Assembly: GCA_038087875.1 (NCBI GenBank)
Contig: JAXLNO010000350.1
Coordinates: 124,001 to 188,000, forward strand
DNA length: 64,000 bases
Reading direction: 5' to 3'
Source of the DNA: Malacoraja senta
Lineage: Eukaryota
Positions within the stretch are counted from its first letter, which is position 1; the number at the start of each line of letters is the position of its first letter. Shown here piece after piece: positions 34,111 to 47,800 of the stretch. The translations under genes and the position numbers were made by a program. The notes beneath the pieces were generated by a model that searched no databases, was not told where the DNA came from, and saw nothing but the letters and a program-made list of their open reading frames with translations.

Positions 34111-37100
34111 AGCTACGCAATTGGGGGAAAAACACTGAGCAAGCCGACAAAACACATCCGTTTGCTGAAAAGCACTTAAAAAAAGCCAAGCAATTAACCA
34201 TATAACAATTACAGCATGGAAACAGGCCATCTCGGCCCTTCTAGTCCGTGCCGAACATTTATTCTACCCTAGTCCCATCTACCTGCACTCAGACCATAAC
34301 CCTCCATTCCTTTCCCGTCCATATACCTATCCAATTTATTTTAAAATGATAAAATCGAACCTGCCTCCACCACTTCCACTGGAAGCTCATTCCACACAGC
34401 TACCACTTTCTGAGTAAAGAAGTTCCCCCTCATGTTACCCCTAAACTTCTGTCCCTTAATTCTCAAATCATGTCCTCTTGTTTGAATCTTACCTACTCTC
34501 AATGGAAAAAGCTTATCCACATCAACTCTGTCTATCCCTGTCATCATTTTAAAGACCTCTATCAAGTCCCCCCTTAACCTTCTGCGCTCCAAAGAATAAA
34601 GACCTAACTTGTTCAACCTTTCTCTGCAACTTAGTTGCTGAAACCCAGGCAACATTCTAGTAAATCTCCTCTGTACTCCCTCTATTTTGTTGACACCTTT
34701 CCTATAATTTGGCGACCAAAATTGTACACCACACTCCAGAATTGGCCTCACCAATGCCTTGTACAATTTTAACATTACATCCCAACTTCTATACTCAATG
34801 CTCTGATTTATAAAGGCCAGCACACCAAAAGCTTTCCTTACCACCCTGTCTACATGAGATTCCACTTTCAGGGAACTATGCACAGTTATTCCTAGATCCC
34901 TCTGTTCAACTGCATTCCTCAATTCGCTTCCATTTACAATGTACGTCCTATTTTGATTTGTGAATTGGGGAAAAAACACTGAGCAAGCCGACAAAACACA
35001 TCCGTTCGCTGAAAAGCACTTAAAAAAAGCCAAGCAATTGGGGAAAAAACACTGAGCAAGCCGACAAAACACATCCGTTCGCTGAAAAGCACTTAAAAAA
35101 AGCCAAGCAATTGGGGTAAAAACACTGAGCAAGCCTACAAAACACATCCGTTCGCTGAAAAGCACTTAAAAAAAGCCAAGCAATTGGGGAAAAAACACTG
35201 AGCAAGCTGACAAAACACACCCGTTCGCTGAAAAGCACTTAAAAAAAGCCAGGCAATTGGGGAAAAACACTGAGCAAGCCGACAAAAGACATTAGTTTTG
35301 CTGAAAGCATTTTAAAAAAGTCAATTAGAGCAAAAACACTCAGCAAGCCAACAAAAGACATTCGTTTTGCTGAAAGCACTTTAAAAAAATGCCAATTAGG
35401 GCAAAAACAATCAGCAAGCCAACAAAAGACATTCGTTTTGCTGAAAGCACTTTTAAAAAGCCAATTAGGGCAAAAACACTCAGCAAGCCAACAAAAGACA
35501 TTCGTTTTGCTGAAAGCACTTTAAAAAAGGCAATTAGGGCAAAAACACTCAGCAAGCCAACAAGAGACATTCGTTTTGCTGGAAGCACTTTAAAAAAGCC
35601 AATTAGGGCAAAAACACACAGCAAGCCAACAAAAGATATTCGTTTTGCTGAAAGCACTTAAAAAAAAGCTAATTAGGGCAAAAACACTCAGCAAGCCAAC
35701 AAAACGCATTGCTTTAAATAACATCCAACAAACACACTCACCATAGACAGAGCAGTAAACTCCTGAATTATTCAACGGCGCCTGCACTCGGCGCCATCTT
35801 GAAGTCACCCTCCGCTGCTTGCCACGAACCGGAAATGACGCACTGAGGGTCAGCATTCCGCTCCGGAAATGACATCATCGGTGCCATCTTGCAACCAAGT
35901 GAAAATCACAGAATGAGCGCCAATTTTGAAATTAAACACAGTTCTGATCTAATAAAATGTTTATTCACTTTATCCATCCGAAAACTGTTGCAAGCAAGCC
36001 CTTTAAAAAAGCCAGGCAAATGGGGAAAAAACACTGAGCAAGCCGACAAAACACATCCGTTCGCTGAAAAGCACTTAAAAAAAGCCAAGCAATTGGGGAA
36101 AAAACACTGAGCAAGCCATCAAAACACATCCGTTCGCTGAAAAGCACTTAAAAAAAGCCAAGCAATTGGGGAAAAACACTGAGCAAGCCGACAAAAGACA
36201 TTAGTTTTGCTGAAAGCACTTTAAAAAAGCCAATTAGGGCAAAAACACTCAGTAAGCCAACAAAAGACATTCGTTTTGCTGAAAGCACTTTAAAAAAAGC
36301 AAATTAGGGCAAAAACACTCAGCAAGCCAACAAAAGACATTCGTTTTGCTGAAAGCACTTTAAAAAAGCCAAGCAATTGGGGAAAAAACACTGAGCAAGC
36401 CATCAAAACACATCCGTTCGCTGAAAAGCACTTAAAAAAAGCCAAGCAATTGGGGAAAAACACTGAGCAAGCCGACAAAAGACATTAGTTTTGCTGAAAG
36501 CATTAAGAAAAAAGCCAATTAGGGCAAAAACACTCAGCAAGCCAACAAAAGACATTCGTTTTGCTGAAAGCACTTTAAAAAAGCCAATTCGGGTAAAAAC
36601 ACTCAGCAAGCCAACAAAAGAAATTCGTTTTGCTGAAAGCACTTTAAAAAAGGCATTTAGGGCAAAAACACTCAGCAAGCCAACAAGAGACATTCGTTTT
36701 GCTGAAAGCACTTTTAAAAAGCCAATTATGGCAAAAACACTGAGCAAGCCAACAAAAGACATTCGTTTTGCTGAAAGCACTTTTAAAAAGGCAATTAGGG
36801 CAAAAACACACAGCAAGCCAACAAGAGACATTCGTTTTGCTGAAAGCACTTTTAAAAAGCCAATTAGGGCAAAAACACGCAGCAAGCCAACAAAAGATAT
36901 TCGTTTCGCTGAAAGCACGTTAAAAAAAAGCCAATTAGGGCAAAAACACTCAGCAAGCCAACAAAACGCATTGCTTTAAATAACATCCAACAAACACACT
37001 CAACATAGACAGAGCAGTAAACTCCTGAATTATTCAACGGCGCTGCACTTGGCGCCATCTTGACGTCACCCTCCCGCTGCTTGCCACGAACCGGAAATGA

Positions 37101-38392
37101 CGCACTCAGGGTCAGCATTCCGCTAACCGAAAATGACATCATCGGCGCCATCTTGCAACCAAGTGAAAATCACAGAATGAGCGCCAATTTTGAACTTAAA
37201 CACAGTTCTGATCTAATAAAATATTTATTCACTTTATCCATCCGAAAACTGTTGCAAGCAAGCCCTTTAAAAAAGCCAGGCAAATGGGGAAAAAACACTG
37301 AGCAAGCTGACAAAACACATCCGTTCGCTGAAAAGCACTTAAAAAAAAGCAAAGCAATTGGGGAAAAAACACCGAGCAAGCGACAAAACAAATCCGTTCG
37401 CTGAAAAGCACTTAAAAAAAGCCAAGCAATTGGGGAAAAAACACTGAGCAAGCCAACAAAACACATCCGTTCGCTGAAAAGCACTTTAAAAAAGCCAAGC
37501 AATTGTGGAAAAAACACTGAGGAAGCCGACAAAACACATCCGTTCGCTGAAAAGCACTTAAAAAAAGCCAAGCAATTGGGGAAAAAACACTGAACAAGCC
37601 GACAAAACATCCGTTCGCTGAAAAGCACTTAAAAAAAGCCAGGCAATTGGGGAAAAAGCACTGAGCAAGTCGACAAAACACATCCGTATGCTGAAAAGCA
37701 CTTAAAAAAAGCCAGGCAATTGGAGAAAAAACACTGAGCAAGCCGACAAAACACATCCGTTCGCTGAAAAGCACTTAAAAAAAGCCTGGCAATTGGGGAA
37801 TAAACACTGAGCAAGTCGAGAAAACATCCGTTCGCTGAAAAGCACTTTAAAAAAGCCAATTAGGGCAAAAACACTCAGTAGGCGAACAAAAGACATTCAT
37901 TTTGCTGAAAGCACTTTAAAAAAAAAAGTCAATTAGGGCAAAAACACTCAGCAAGCCAACAAAAGACATTAGTTTTGCTGATAGCACTTAAAATAAAAGC
38001 CAATTAGGGCAAAAACACTCAGCAAGCCAACAAAAGACATTAGTTTTGCTGAAAGCATTTTTTTTTAAAGCCAATTAGGGCAAAAACACTCAGCAAGCCA
38101 ACAAAAGACATTCGTTTTGCTGAAACCACTTAAAAATCATATTAGGGCAAAAACACTCAGCAAGCCAACAAAAGACATTCGTTTTGCTGGAAGCACTTTA
38201 AAAAGCCAATTAGGGCAAAAACACGCAGCAAGCCAACAAAAGACATCAGTTTTGCTGAAAGCACTTAAAAAAATGCAATTAGGGAAAAAACACTCAGCAA
38301 GCCAACAAGAGACATTCGTTTTGCTGAAAGCACTTTAAAAAAACCCCAATTAGGGCAAAAACAACGAAGAAGCCAACAGAAGAAATTCGTTT
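34111..38392. repeat. Higher-order satellite: 73-bp and 69-bp related monomers in alternating blocks with ~300-bp spacers
   Basis: Type A aattggggaaaaaacactgagcaagccgacaaaacacatccgttcgctgaaaagcacttaaaaaaagccaagc. Type B aattagggcaaaaacactcagcaagccaacaaaagacattcgttttgctgaaagcactttaaaaaagcc. Spacers at about 35705-36000 and 36965-37265. Confidence 0.93.
34196..34962 (-). mobile_element. CR1 3' fragment (second subfamily) inserted in the satellite
   Basis: ORF 34341-35165 core RDLGITVHSSLK...LVRPILEC. AATT present on both sides. Confidence 0.92.
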
Positions 38393-38394
38393 CG

Positions 38395-38590
38395 CCGCCT
38401 CCCCCCACTGACAGGCAGCGCCAGCATCCAATGGCAGAGTCCCTCCTCCCCCCACTGACGGGCAGCGCCAGCATCCAATGGCAGAGAGACCCGCCTCCTC
38501 CCTCCCCCACTGACGGGCAGCGCCAGCAACCAATGGCAGAGAGAACCGCCTCCCCATCATCGCAAAGGACCCCCTCGTTGCATCCGACCA
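38395..38590 (-). repeat. Three ~55-bp CCAAT-containing GC-rich repeats, paralogous to 8095-8200
   Basis: cccccactgacgggcagcgccagcatccaatggcagag x3; single inverted copy at about 8155-8195. Confidence 0.75.
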
Positions 38591-38739
38591 ATCAGACTAC
38601 AAAATACTGCAGAAACTCAGCGGGACAGGCAGCATCTCTGGAAAGAAGGAATGGGCGACGTTTCGAGATCGAGACCCTTCCTCAGACTAACAGTGGCAGG
38701 AGAGATATAGACGGTGATGTGGAGTAAAAAGCTTTCAAA

Positions 38740-39135
38740 TAGGAACATGGACAATAGGTGCAGGAGTAGGCCAATCAGCCCTTCGAGCCATTCAATGTGA
38801 TCACGGCTGATCATACACAATCAGCACCCCATTCCTGCTTTCTCCCCATATCCCTTGATTCCGTTAGCCTTAAAGGCTACATCTAACTCTCTCTTGAAAA
38901 CATCCAACGAGTTGGCCTCCACTACCTTCTGTGGCAGAGAATTCCACAGATTCACAATTCTCTGGGTGATAAAGTGTTTCCTCATCCCAGACCTTAATGG
39001 CCTACCCTTTATTCTTGAACTGTGACCCCTGGTTCTGGACTCCCCCAGCATCGGGAACATTTTTCCTGCCTCGTGCGTATCCAATCCCTTAATAATCTTA
39101 TATGTTTCCATAAGATTCCCTCTCATCCTAAATTC
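38740..39135 (-). mobile_element. Old CR1 3' part (rest at 42282-42625), split by a younger CR1
   Basis: Joining tctcatcctaaattc (39135) to caatgaatacaagccc (42282) restores continuous CR1 sequence, paralogous to 7010-7740. Confidence 0.8.
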
Positions 39136-42100
39136 ATAGAAACATAGAAAATAGGTGCAGGAGTAGGCCATTCGGCCCTTCGAGCCTGCACCGCCATTCA
39201 ATATGATCATGGCTGATCATCCAACTCAGTATCCTGTACCTGCCTTCTCTCCATATCCCCTGATCCCTTTAGCCCCAACGGCCACATCTAACTCCTCCTT
39301 AAATATAGCCAATGAACTGGCCTCAACTACCTTCTGTGGGAGAGAGTTCCAGAGATTCACCACTCTCTGTGTGAAAAATGTTTTTCTCATCTCGGTCTCG
39401 ATTCCCCTTAATCCTTAAACTGTGCCCCCTTGTCCTGGACTTCCCCAACATCGGGAACAATCTTCCTGCATCTAGCCTATCCAACCCCTTAAGAATTATG
39501 TAAGTTTCCATAAGATCCCCCCTCAATCTTCTAAATTCTACCGAGTACAAGCCGAGGCTATCCAGTCTTTCTTCATATGAAAGTCCTGACATCCCAGGAA
39601 TCAATCTGGTGAACCTTCTCTGTACTCCCTCTATGGCAAGAATGTCTTTCCTCAGATTTGGAGACCAAAACTGTACGCAATACTCCAGGTGTGGTCTCAC
39701 CAAGACCCTGTACAACTCCAGTAGAACCTCCCTGCTCCTATACTCAAATCCTTTTGCTATGAATGCTAACATACCATTCGCTTTCTTCACTGCCTGCTGC
39801 ACCTGCATGCCTACTTTCAATGACTGGTGTACCATGACACCCAGGTCTCGTTGCATCTCCCCTTTACCTAATCGGCCACCATTTAGATAATAGTCTACTT
39901 TCCTGTTTTTGCCACCAAAGTGGATAACCTCACATTTATCCACATTATACTGCATCTGCCATGCCTTTGCCCACTCACCCAGCCTATCCAAGTCACCTTG
40001 CAGCCTCCTAGCATCCTCCTCACAGCTAACACTGCCCCCCGCTTCGTGTCATCCGCAAACTTGGAGATGTTGCATTCAATTCCCTCATCCAAATCATTAA
40101 TATATATTGTAAATAGCTGGGGCCCCAGCACTGAGCCTTGCGGTACCCCACTAGTCACTGCCTGCCATTCTGAAAAGGACCCGTTTACTCCTACTCTTTG
40201 CTTCCTGTTTGCCAGCCAGTTCTTTATCCACATCAATACTGAACCGCCAATACCGTGTGCTTTAAGTTTGTATACTAATCTCTTATGTGGGACCTTGTCG
40301 AAAGCCTTCTGAAAGTCCAGATATAACACATCCACTGGTTCTCCCTTATCCACTCTACTAGTTACATCCTCGAAAAATTCTATAAGATTCGTCAGACATG
40401 ATTTACCTTTCGTAAATCCATGCTGACTTTGTCCAATGATTTCACCACTTTCCAAATGTGCTGCTATCCCATCTTTAATAACTGACTCTAACAGTTTCCC
40501 CACTACCGATGTTAGACTAACTGGTCTGTAATTCCCCGTTTTCACTCTCACTCCCTTTTTAAAAAGGGGGGTTACATTAGCTACCCTCCAATCCTCAGGA
40601 ACTACTCCAGAATCTAAGGAGTTTTGAAAAATTATCACTAATGCATCCACTATTTCTGGAGCTACTTCCTTAAGTACTCTGGGATGCAGCCTACCTAACA
40701 CCACTTCCCGGCTAACCTGGATTTCACTCAGTTCCTCTATCTCATTTGACCCGCAATCCCCTGCTATTTCCGGCAGATTATTTATGTCTTCCTTAGTGAA
40801 GACAGAACCAAAGTAGTTATTCAATTGGTCTGCCATGTCCTTGTTCCCCATGATCAATTCACCTGTTTCTGACTGCAAGGGACCTACATTTGTTTTAACT
40901 AATCTCTTTCTCTTCACATATCTATAAAAACTTTTGCAGTCAGTTTTTATGTTCCCTGCCAGTTTTCTTTCATAATCTATTTTCCCTTTCCTAATTAAGT
41001 CCTTTGTCCTCCTCTGCTTGACTCTGAATTTCTCCCAGTCCTCTGGTAGGCTGCTTTTTCTGGCTAATTTGTACGCTTCATCTTTTGTTTTGATACTATC
41101 CCTGATTTCCCTTGTTATCCACGGATGCACTACCTTCCCTGATTTATTCTTTTGCCAAACTGGGATGAACAATTTTTGTAGTTCATCCATGCAGTCTTTA
41201 AATGCCTTCCATTGCATATCCACCGTCAACCCTTTAAGAATCAATTGCCAGTCAATCTTGGCCAATTCACGTTTCATACCCTCAAAGTTACCTTTCTTTA
41301 AGTTCAGAACCCTTGTTTCTGAATTAACAATGTCACTCTCCATCCTAATGAAGAACTCAACCATATTATGGTCACTCTTGCCCAAGGGGGCACGCACAAC
41401 AAGACTGCTAACTAACCCTTCCTCATTCCACAATACCCAGTCTAGAATAGCCTGCTCTCTCGTTGGTTCCTCTACATGTTGGTTTAGAAAACTATCCCGC
41501 ATACATTCCAAGAAATCCTCTTCCTCAGCACCCCTGCCAATTTGATTCACCCAATCTATATGTAGATTGAAGTCACCCATTATAACCGTTTTACCTTTGT
41601 TGCACGCATTTCTAATTTCCTGTTTGATGCCATCCCCAACTTCACTACTACTGTTAGGTGGCCTGTACACAACACCCACCAGCGTTTTCTGCCCCTTAGT
41701 GTTTCGTAACTCTACCCATATCGATTCCACATCCTCCAATCTAATATCCTTCCTTTCCATTGCGTTAATCTCCTCTCTAACCAGCAATGCTACCCCACCT
41801 CCTTTTCCTTTCTGTCTATCCCTCCTGAATATTGAATATCCCTGGATGTTCAGCTCTCAGCCTTGGTCACCCTGGAGCCATGTCTCCGTGATCCCAACTA
41901 TATGATAATCATTAATAGCTATCTGCACATTCAACTCATCCACCTTATTACGAATGCTCCTTGCATTGAGACACAAAGCCTTCAGGCTTGTTTTTACAAC
42001 GCTCTTACCCCTTATACAATTATGTTGAAAAGTGGCCCTTTTTGATTTTTGCCCAGGATTTGTCTGCCTGCCACGTTTACTTTTCACCTTGTTACCTATT

Positions 42101-42281
42101 GCTTCTACCCTAATTTTACACCCCTCTGTCTCTCTGCTCACACATTTAAGAAACCCACCACCTCTTATTCTCTGATTATTATTTTTTTCTTCTTTCCCCC
42201 CTACCTGTTGGGTCTGAATGCTTCCCTTCTCTGCCTCCTGCCTCACACACCGTCTACAAGCTTCCTCTATTTGAGTCCCTC
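39136..42281 (-). mobile_element. Young CR1 LINE, nearly complete ORF2
   Basis: ORFs 41857-42246, 39895-41787 (630 aa; [38 protein letters not shown]) and 39323-39991. (catagaaa)n tail. Confidence 0.96.
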
Positions 42282-43235
42282 CAATGAATACAAGCCCAGT
42301 CGACCCATTCTTTCATATGTCAGTCCCGCCATCCCGGGAATTAACCTGGTGAAACTACGCTACACTCCCTCAATAGCAAGAATGATCTTCCTCAAATTAA
42401 GAGACCAAAACTGCACACAATATACTCCAGGTGTGGTCTCACCAGGGTCCTGCACAACTCTGGAAAGACCTCTTTGCTCCTAAACTCAACTCCTGTCATT
42501 ATGAAGGCCAACATGCCATTAGCTTTCTTCACTGCCTGCTGTACCTGTATGCTTACTTTCAGTGAATGATGTGCAAGGACACCCAGTTTCGGTGTACTTC
42601 CCATTTTCCTAACCTGACACCATTCTAAGTGCTGGAGTAACACCTTACACTTCCTTATCTCTGCATCTCCCTCTCCTGTGACTCTGTCTGAAGAAGGGTC
42701 CTTCTCTCCAGAGACACTGCCTGTCCCGCTGAGTTACTCCAGCATTTTGTGACTGTCTGTGGAGAACATGGATAGGGGATGTTTTTTGGATCACGACCTT
42801 TCTTCAGACCTGAAACATCGCCCATCCATGTTGACCAGAGATGCTGCCTGACCCGCTGAGTTACTCCAGCACTCTGTGAAACATCATCTATCCATGTTCT
42901 CCACAGATGCTGCCTCCAGCACTTTGTGTCTTTTTGTGTATGAACCAGCAACCACAGTTCCTTGCGTCTGCCAAACATAGGCACAAAGTGCTGGGGAGGG
43001 GAAATATGGGCAACGTTTCAGGTCGGGTCACTTGGCTACTTGTCAAACTTTGTTCAAGTTGAGAAATGTCATTCTCTGATTTTATTTAATTATCCAACAA
43101 CCTACCTCCCTTTTATTGATAGCAGTATGAATATTGATTTCTCTAATTTCAAGTAATCCTTACATCCCCTCTCTCTCCATCCCTCTCCCACCCGTCATAC
43201 CGGCTTCAAAGTCATCTTGTTGAGTCTCATTGTCT
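42282..43235 (-). repeat. Inverted paralog of 6425-7350 (old CR1 part plus Penelope relics)
   Basis: ORF 42655-42984 matches 6649-7023, and ORF 42962-43156 matches 6480-6671, almost residue for residue. Confidence 0.9.
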
Positions 43236-43512
43236 GTTTTTCTCCGTTTTTCTCACTGATGTGGTTTATTTGGAGTTACCTCAGTTTCCCCCACATATTG
43301 ACCCTATTCCACTCCCCTGCTGAATTATAACATCATTTACCCCAGGACGTTGCTCCAGACGGGGAGTTTATATTATTTATCCCAGTTTTCCCCCCAGACG
43401 TGTAGTTTATGTTGAGATTTACCTCAGTTTCCCCCCAGACTGAGTTTATTTCGCTCCCCTGCTGATTATTATCATTATTTACCACAGTTTTCCCCCAGAC
43501 TGTGTTTATTTC

Positions 43513-43620
43513 CAGGGCTGTGGAGTCTGAGTCGGAGTTGTCGAAGTCGGAGCAATTTTGGTGGAGTCGGAGTTGGTAAAAAAGCCCCGACTCCGACCGC
43601 AACATAAACTTCAGAGACTA
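43513..43620 (+). mobile_element. Possible hAT-like MITE terminus
   Basis: cagggctgtggagtc start followed by repeated ggagtcgg/ccgactcc subterminal motifs in both orientations. No partner end found. Confidence 0.4.
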
Positions 43621-43897
43621 CGTAAATCTCTGCCTTATCCACTAACTTGGCCTCCACTGCCGTCTGTGGCAAAGAATTCAACAGATTCACCACCTTCTGT
43701 CTAAAGAAATTCCACCTCATCTCATCTACAGGAGAATGTTAGATAGAGCTCTTTGGGATAGTGGAGTTTAGGGATATGGAGAGAAGGCAGGAACGGGGTA
43801 CTGATTGTGGATGATCAGCTGTGATCACATTGAATGGTGGTGCTGGCTCAAAGGGCCGAATGGCCTCCTCCTGCACCTGTTGTCTACTGTTTGCTGG

Positions 43898-44222
43898 TTT
43901 ATTTCACTCCCCTGTGGGTTTCTAACATTATTGACCTCAGTTTTACCCCAGATTTACCGGGTTTATTTCGCTCCCCTGTGGGTTTCTAACATCATTGACC
44001 TCAGTTTTACCCCAGATTTACCGGGTTTATTTCACTCCCCTGTGGGTTTCTAACATCATTGACCTCAGTTTTACCCCAGATTTACCGGGTTTATTTCACT
44101 CCCCTGTGGGTTTCTAACATCATTGACCTCAGTTTTACCCCAGATTTACCGGGTTTATTTCACTCCCCTGTGGGTTTCTAACATTATTGACCTCAGGTCT
44201 CCACCAGATTTACCGGGTTTAT
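43898..44222. repeat. 64-bp tandem repeat, 5 copies
   Basis: Unit ttatttcactcccctgtgggtttctaacattattgacctcagttttaccccagatttaccgggt. Confidence 0.95.
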
Positions 44223-44689
44223 TCCCCCAGACGTGTAGTTTGGTGATTTATTGATTATTTACAGAGAGGGGGGGAGCCAGAGAGAGGGAGATAGATGTTT
44301 ATAAGGTGTTTTATCTCAGGACGCTGCTCCAGACGGTGAGTTGATATAATTGAGCCCAGTTTTGCCCCAGATGTGTATTTATTTATGTGGTGATTTACCT
44401 GAGCTCTCTCTCTCTCTCTCCCCCACATTTACCGGGTTTATTTATTTATTCATTTATTCCGCTGCTGATTTATTGATGTATTTATTGATGTATTTATAAG
44501 GTTATTTCCCTCAGTGAATAAGAGGGGGAGGCTGGTTTAGAACCAGTTTGACCCCAGTTGTGTATCCCCACAGATAGATAGATAGATAGATAGATACACG
44601 TTAGTGTAGTTACTTTATGTGGTGATTTACCTCACTTCTCCCCCATATTGACCCGATCCCGCTCAATCCCCGGCTGATTTATAACATTA

Positions 44690-44860
44690 TTTACCTTAGG
44701 CCGCTGCTCAGCAGCGACACCACCAACTGACGCTTCTCCGCCGCCATCTTGATCCGGTCGATGGGGAGGCGGGACCAGGGGCGGCCATCTTGGTGAGGGC
44801 AGGGGAGGTCGGCGCCGCTGATTGGTCCGCAGCCGGCTGCCATCTTGATGAGGTGTCGCC
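44690..44860 (-). promoter_or_regulatory. YY1-rich first-exon module copy, split from its upstream half (48900-49190)
   Basis: ccgccgccatctt and gccatctt motifs plus a minus-strand donor ctaag|gtaaat at about 44695. Homologous to 16900-17160. Confidence 0.5.
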
Positions 44861-44867
44861 GTCAGTT

Positions 44868-47800
44868 ACATAGAAACATAGACAATAGTTGCAGGACGAG
44901 GCCATTCGGCCCTTCGAGCCTGCACTGCCATTCAATATGATCATGGCTGATCATCCAACTCAGTATCCTGTACCTGCCTTCTCTCCATACCCCCTGATCC
45001 CTTTAGCCACAAGGGCCACATCTAACTCCCTCTTAAATATAGCCAATGAACTGGCCTCAACTACCTTCTGTGGCAGAGAATTCCACAGATTCACCACTCT
45101 CTGTGTGAAAAATGTTTTTCTCATCTCAGTCCTAAAAGATTTCCCCTTTATCCTTAAACTGTGACCCCTTGTTTTGGACTTCCCCAACATCGGGAACAAT
45201 CTTCCTGCATCTAGCCTGTCCAACCCCTTAAGAATTTTGTAAGTTTCTATAAGATCCCCCCTCAATCTTCTAAATTCCAGCGAGTACAAGCCGAGTCTAT
45301 CCAGTCTTTCCTCATATGAAAGTCCTGACATCCCAGGAATCAGTCTGGTGAACCTTCTCTGTACTTCCTCTATGGCAAGAATGTCCTTCCTCAGATTAGG
45401 AGACCAAAACTCCAGTGTGGTCTCACCAAGACCCTGTACAACTGCAGTAGAACCTCCCTGCTCCTATACTCAAATCCTTTCGCTATGAATGCTAACATAT
45501 CATTCGCTTTCTTCACTGCCTGCTGCACCTGCATGCCTACTTTCAATGACTGGTGTACCATGACACCCAGGTCTCGTTGCATCTCCCCTTTTCCTAATCG
45601 GCCATCATTCAGGTAATAGTATACTTTCCTGTTTTTGCCACCAAAGTGGATAACCTAACATTTATCCACATTATACTGCATCTGCCATGCATTTGCCCAC
45701 TCACCCAGCCTATCCAAGTCATCTTGCAGTCTCCTAGCACCCTCCTCACAGCTAACACTGCCCCCCAGCTTCGTGTCATCCACAAACTTGGAGATGTTGC
45801 ATTCAATTCCCTCGTCCAAATCATTAATATATATTGTAAATAGCTGGGGTCCCAGCACTGAGCCTTGCGGTACCCCACTAGTCACTGCCTGCCATTCTGA
45901 AAAGGACCCGTTTACTCCTACTCTTTGCTTCCTGTCTGCCAGCCAGTTCTCTATACACATCAATACTGAACCCCCAATACCGTGTGCTTTAAGTTTGTAT
46001 ATTAATCTCTTATGTGGGACCTTGTCGAAAGCCTTCTGAAAGTCCAGATATAACACATCCACTGGTTCTCCCTTATCCACTCTACTAGTTACATCCTCGA
46101 CAAATTCTATAAGATTCGTCAGACATGATTAACCTTTCATAAATCCATGCTGACTTTGTCCAATGATTTCACCATTTTCCAAATGTGCTGCTATCCCATC
46201 TTTAATAACTGACTCTAGCAGTTTCCCCACTACCGATGTTAGACTAACTGGTCTGTAATTCCCCGTTTTCTCTCTCCCTCCTTTTTTAAAAAAGTGGGGT
46301 TACATTAGCTACCCTCCAATCCTCAGGAACTACTCCAGAATCTAAAGAGTATTGAAAAATTATCACTAATGCATCCACTATTTCTGGGGCTACTTCCTTA
46401 AGTACTCTGGGATGCAGCCTATCTGGCCCTGGGGATTTATCGGCCTTTAATCCATTCAATTTACCTAACACCACTTCCCGGCTAACCTGGATTTTACTCA
46501 GTTCCTCCATCTCATTTGACTCCCGGTCCCCTGCTATTTCCGGCAGATTAATTAAGTCTTCCTTAGTGAAGACAGAACCAAAGTAGTTATTCAATTGGTC
46601 TGCCATGTCCTTGTTCCCCATGATCAATTCACCTGTTTCTGACTGCAAGGGACCTACATTTGTTTTAACTAATCTTTTTCTCTTCACATATCTATAAAAA
46701 CTTTTGCAGTCAGTTTTTATGTTCCCTGCCAGTTTTCTTTCATAATCTATTTTCCCTTTCCTAATTAAACCCTTTGTCCTCCTCTGCTGGACTCTGAATT
46801 TCTCCCAGTCCTCTGGTAGGCTGCTTTTTCTGGCTAATTTGTATGCTTCATCTTTTGTTTTGATACTATCCCTGATTTCCCTTGTATCCACGGATGCACT
46901 ACCTTCCCTGATTTATTCTTTGCCAAACTGGGATGAACAATTTTTGTAGTTCATCCATGCAGCCTTTAAATGCCTTCCATTGCATATCCACCGTCAACCC
47001 TTTAAGAATCAATTGCCAGTCTATCTTGGCCAATTCACATCTCATACCCTCAAAGTTACCTTTCTTTAAGTTCAGAACCCTTGTTTCTGAATTAATTATG
47101 TCACTCTCCATCCTAATGAAGAACTCAACCATATTATGGTCACTCTTGCCCAAGGGGCCACGCACAACAAGACTGCTAACTAATCCTTCCTCATTACTCA
47201 ATACCCAGTCTAGAATAGCCAGCTCTCTCGTTGGTTCCTCTACATGTTGATTTAGAAAACTATCCCGCATACATTCCAAGAAATCCTCTTCCTCAGCACC
47301 CCTGCCAATTTGATTCACCCAATCTATATGTAGATTGAAGTCACCCATTATAACTGTTTTACCTTTGTTGCACGCATTTCTAATTTCCTGTTTGATGCAG
47401 TCCCCAACTCCACTACTACTGTTAGGTGGCCTGTACACAACTCCCACTAGCATTTTCTGCCCGTTAGTGTTTTGCAGCTCTACCCGTATCGATTCCACAT
47501 CCTCCAAGCTAATGTCCTTACTTTCTATTGCGTTAATCTCCTCTCTAACCAGCAACGCTACCCCACCTCCTTTTCCTTTCTGTCTATCCCTCCTGAATAT
47601 TGAATATCCCTGGATGTTCAGCTCCCAGCCTTGGTCACCCTGGAGCCATGTCTCCGTGATCCCAACTATATCATAGTCATTAATAGCTATCTGCACATTT
47701 AACTCATCCACCTTATTACGAATGCTCCTTGCATTGAGACACAAAGCCTTATACAATTATGTTGAAAAATGGCCATTTTTGATTTTTGCCCTGGATTTGT

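Noticed and set aside
34963..38392. CRISPR-like repeat/spacer appearance and repetitive Lys- or Phe-rich ORFs
   Set aside because: Monomers are contiguous with no unique spacers, there are no cas genes, and the ORFs are translation artefacts of the satellite.
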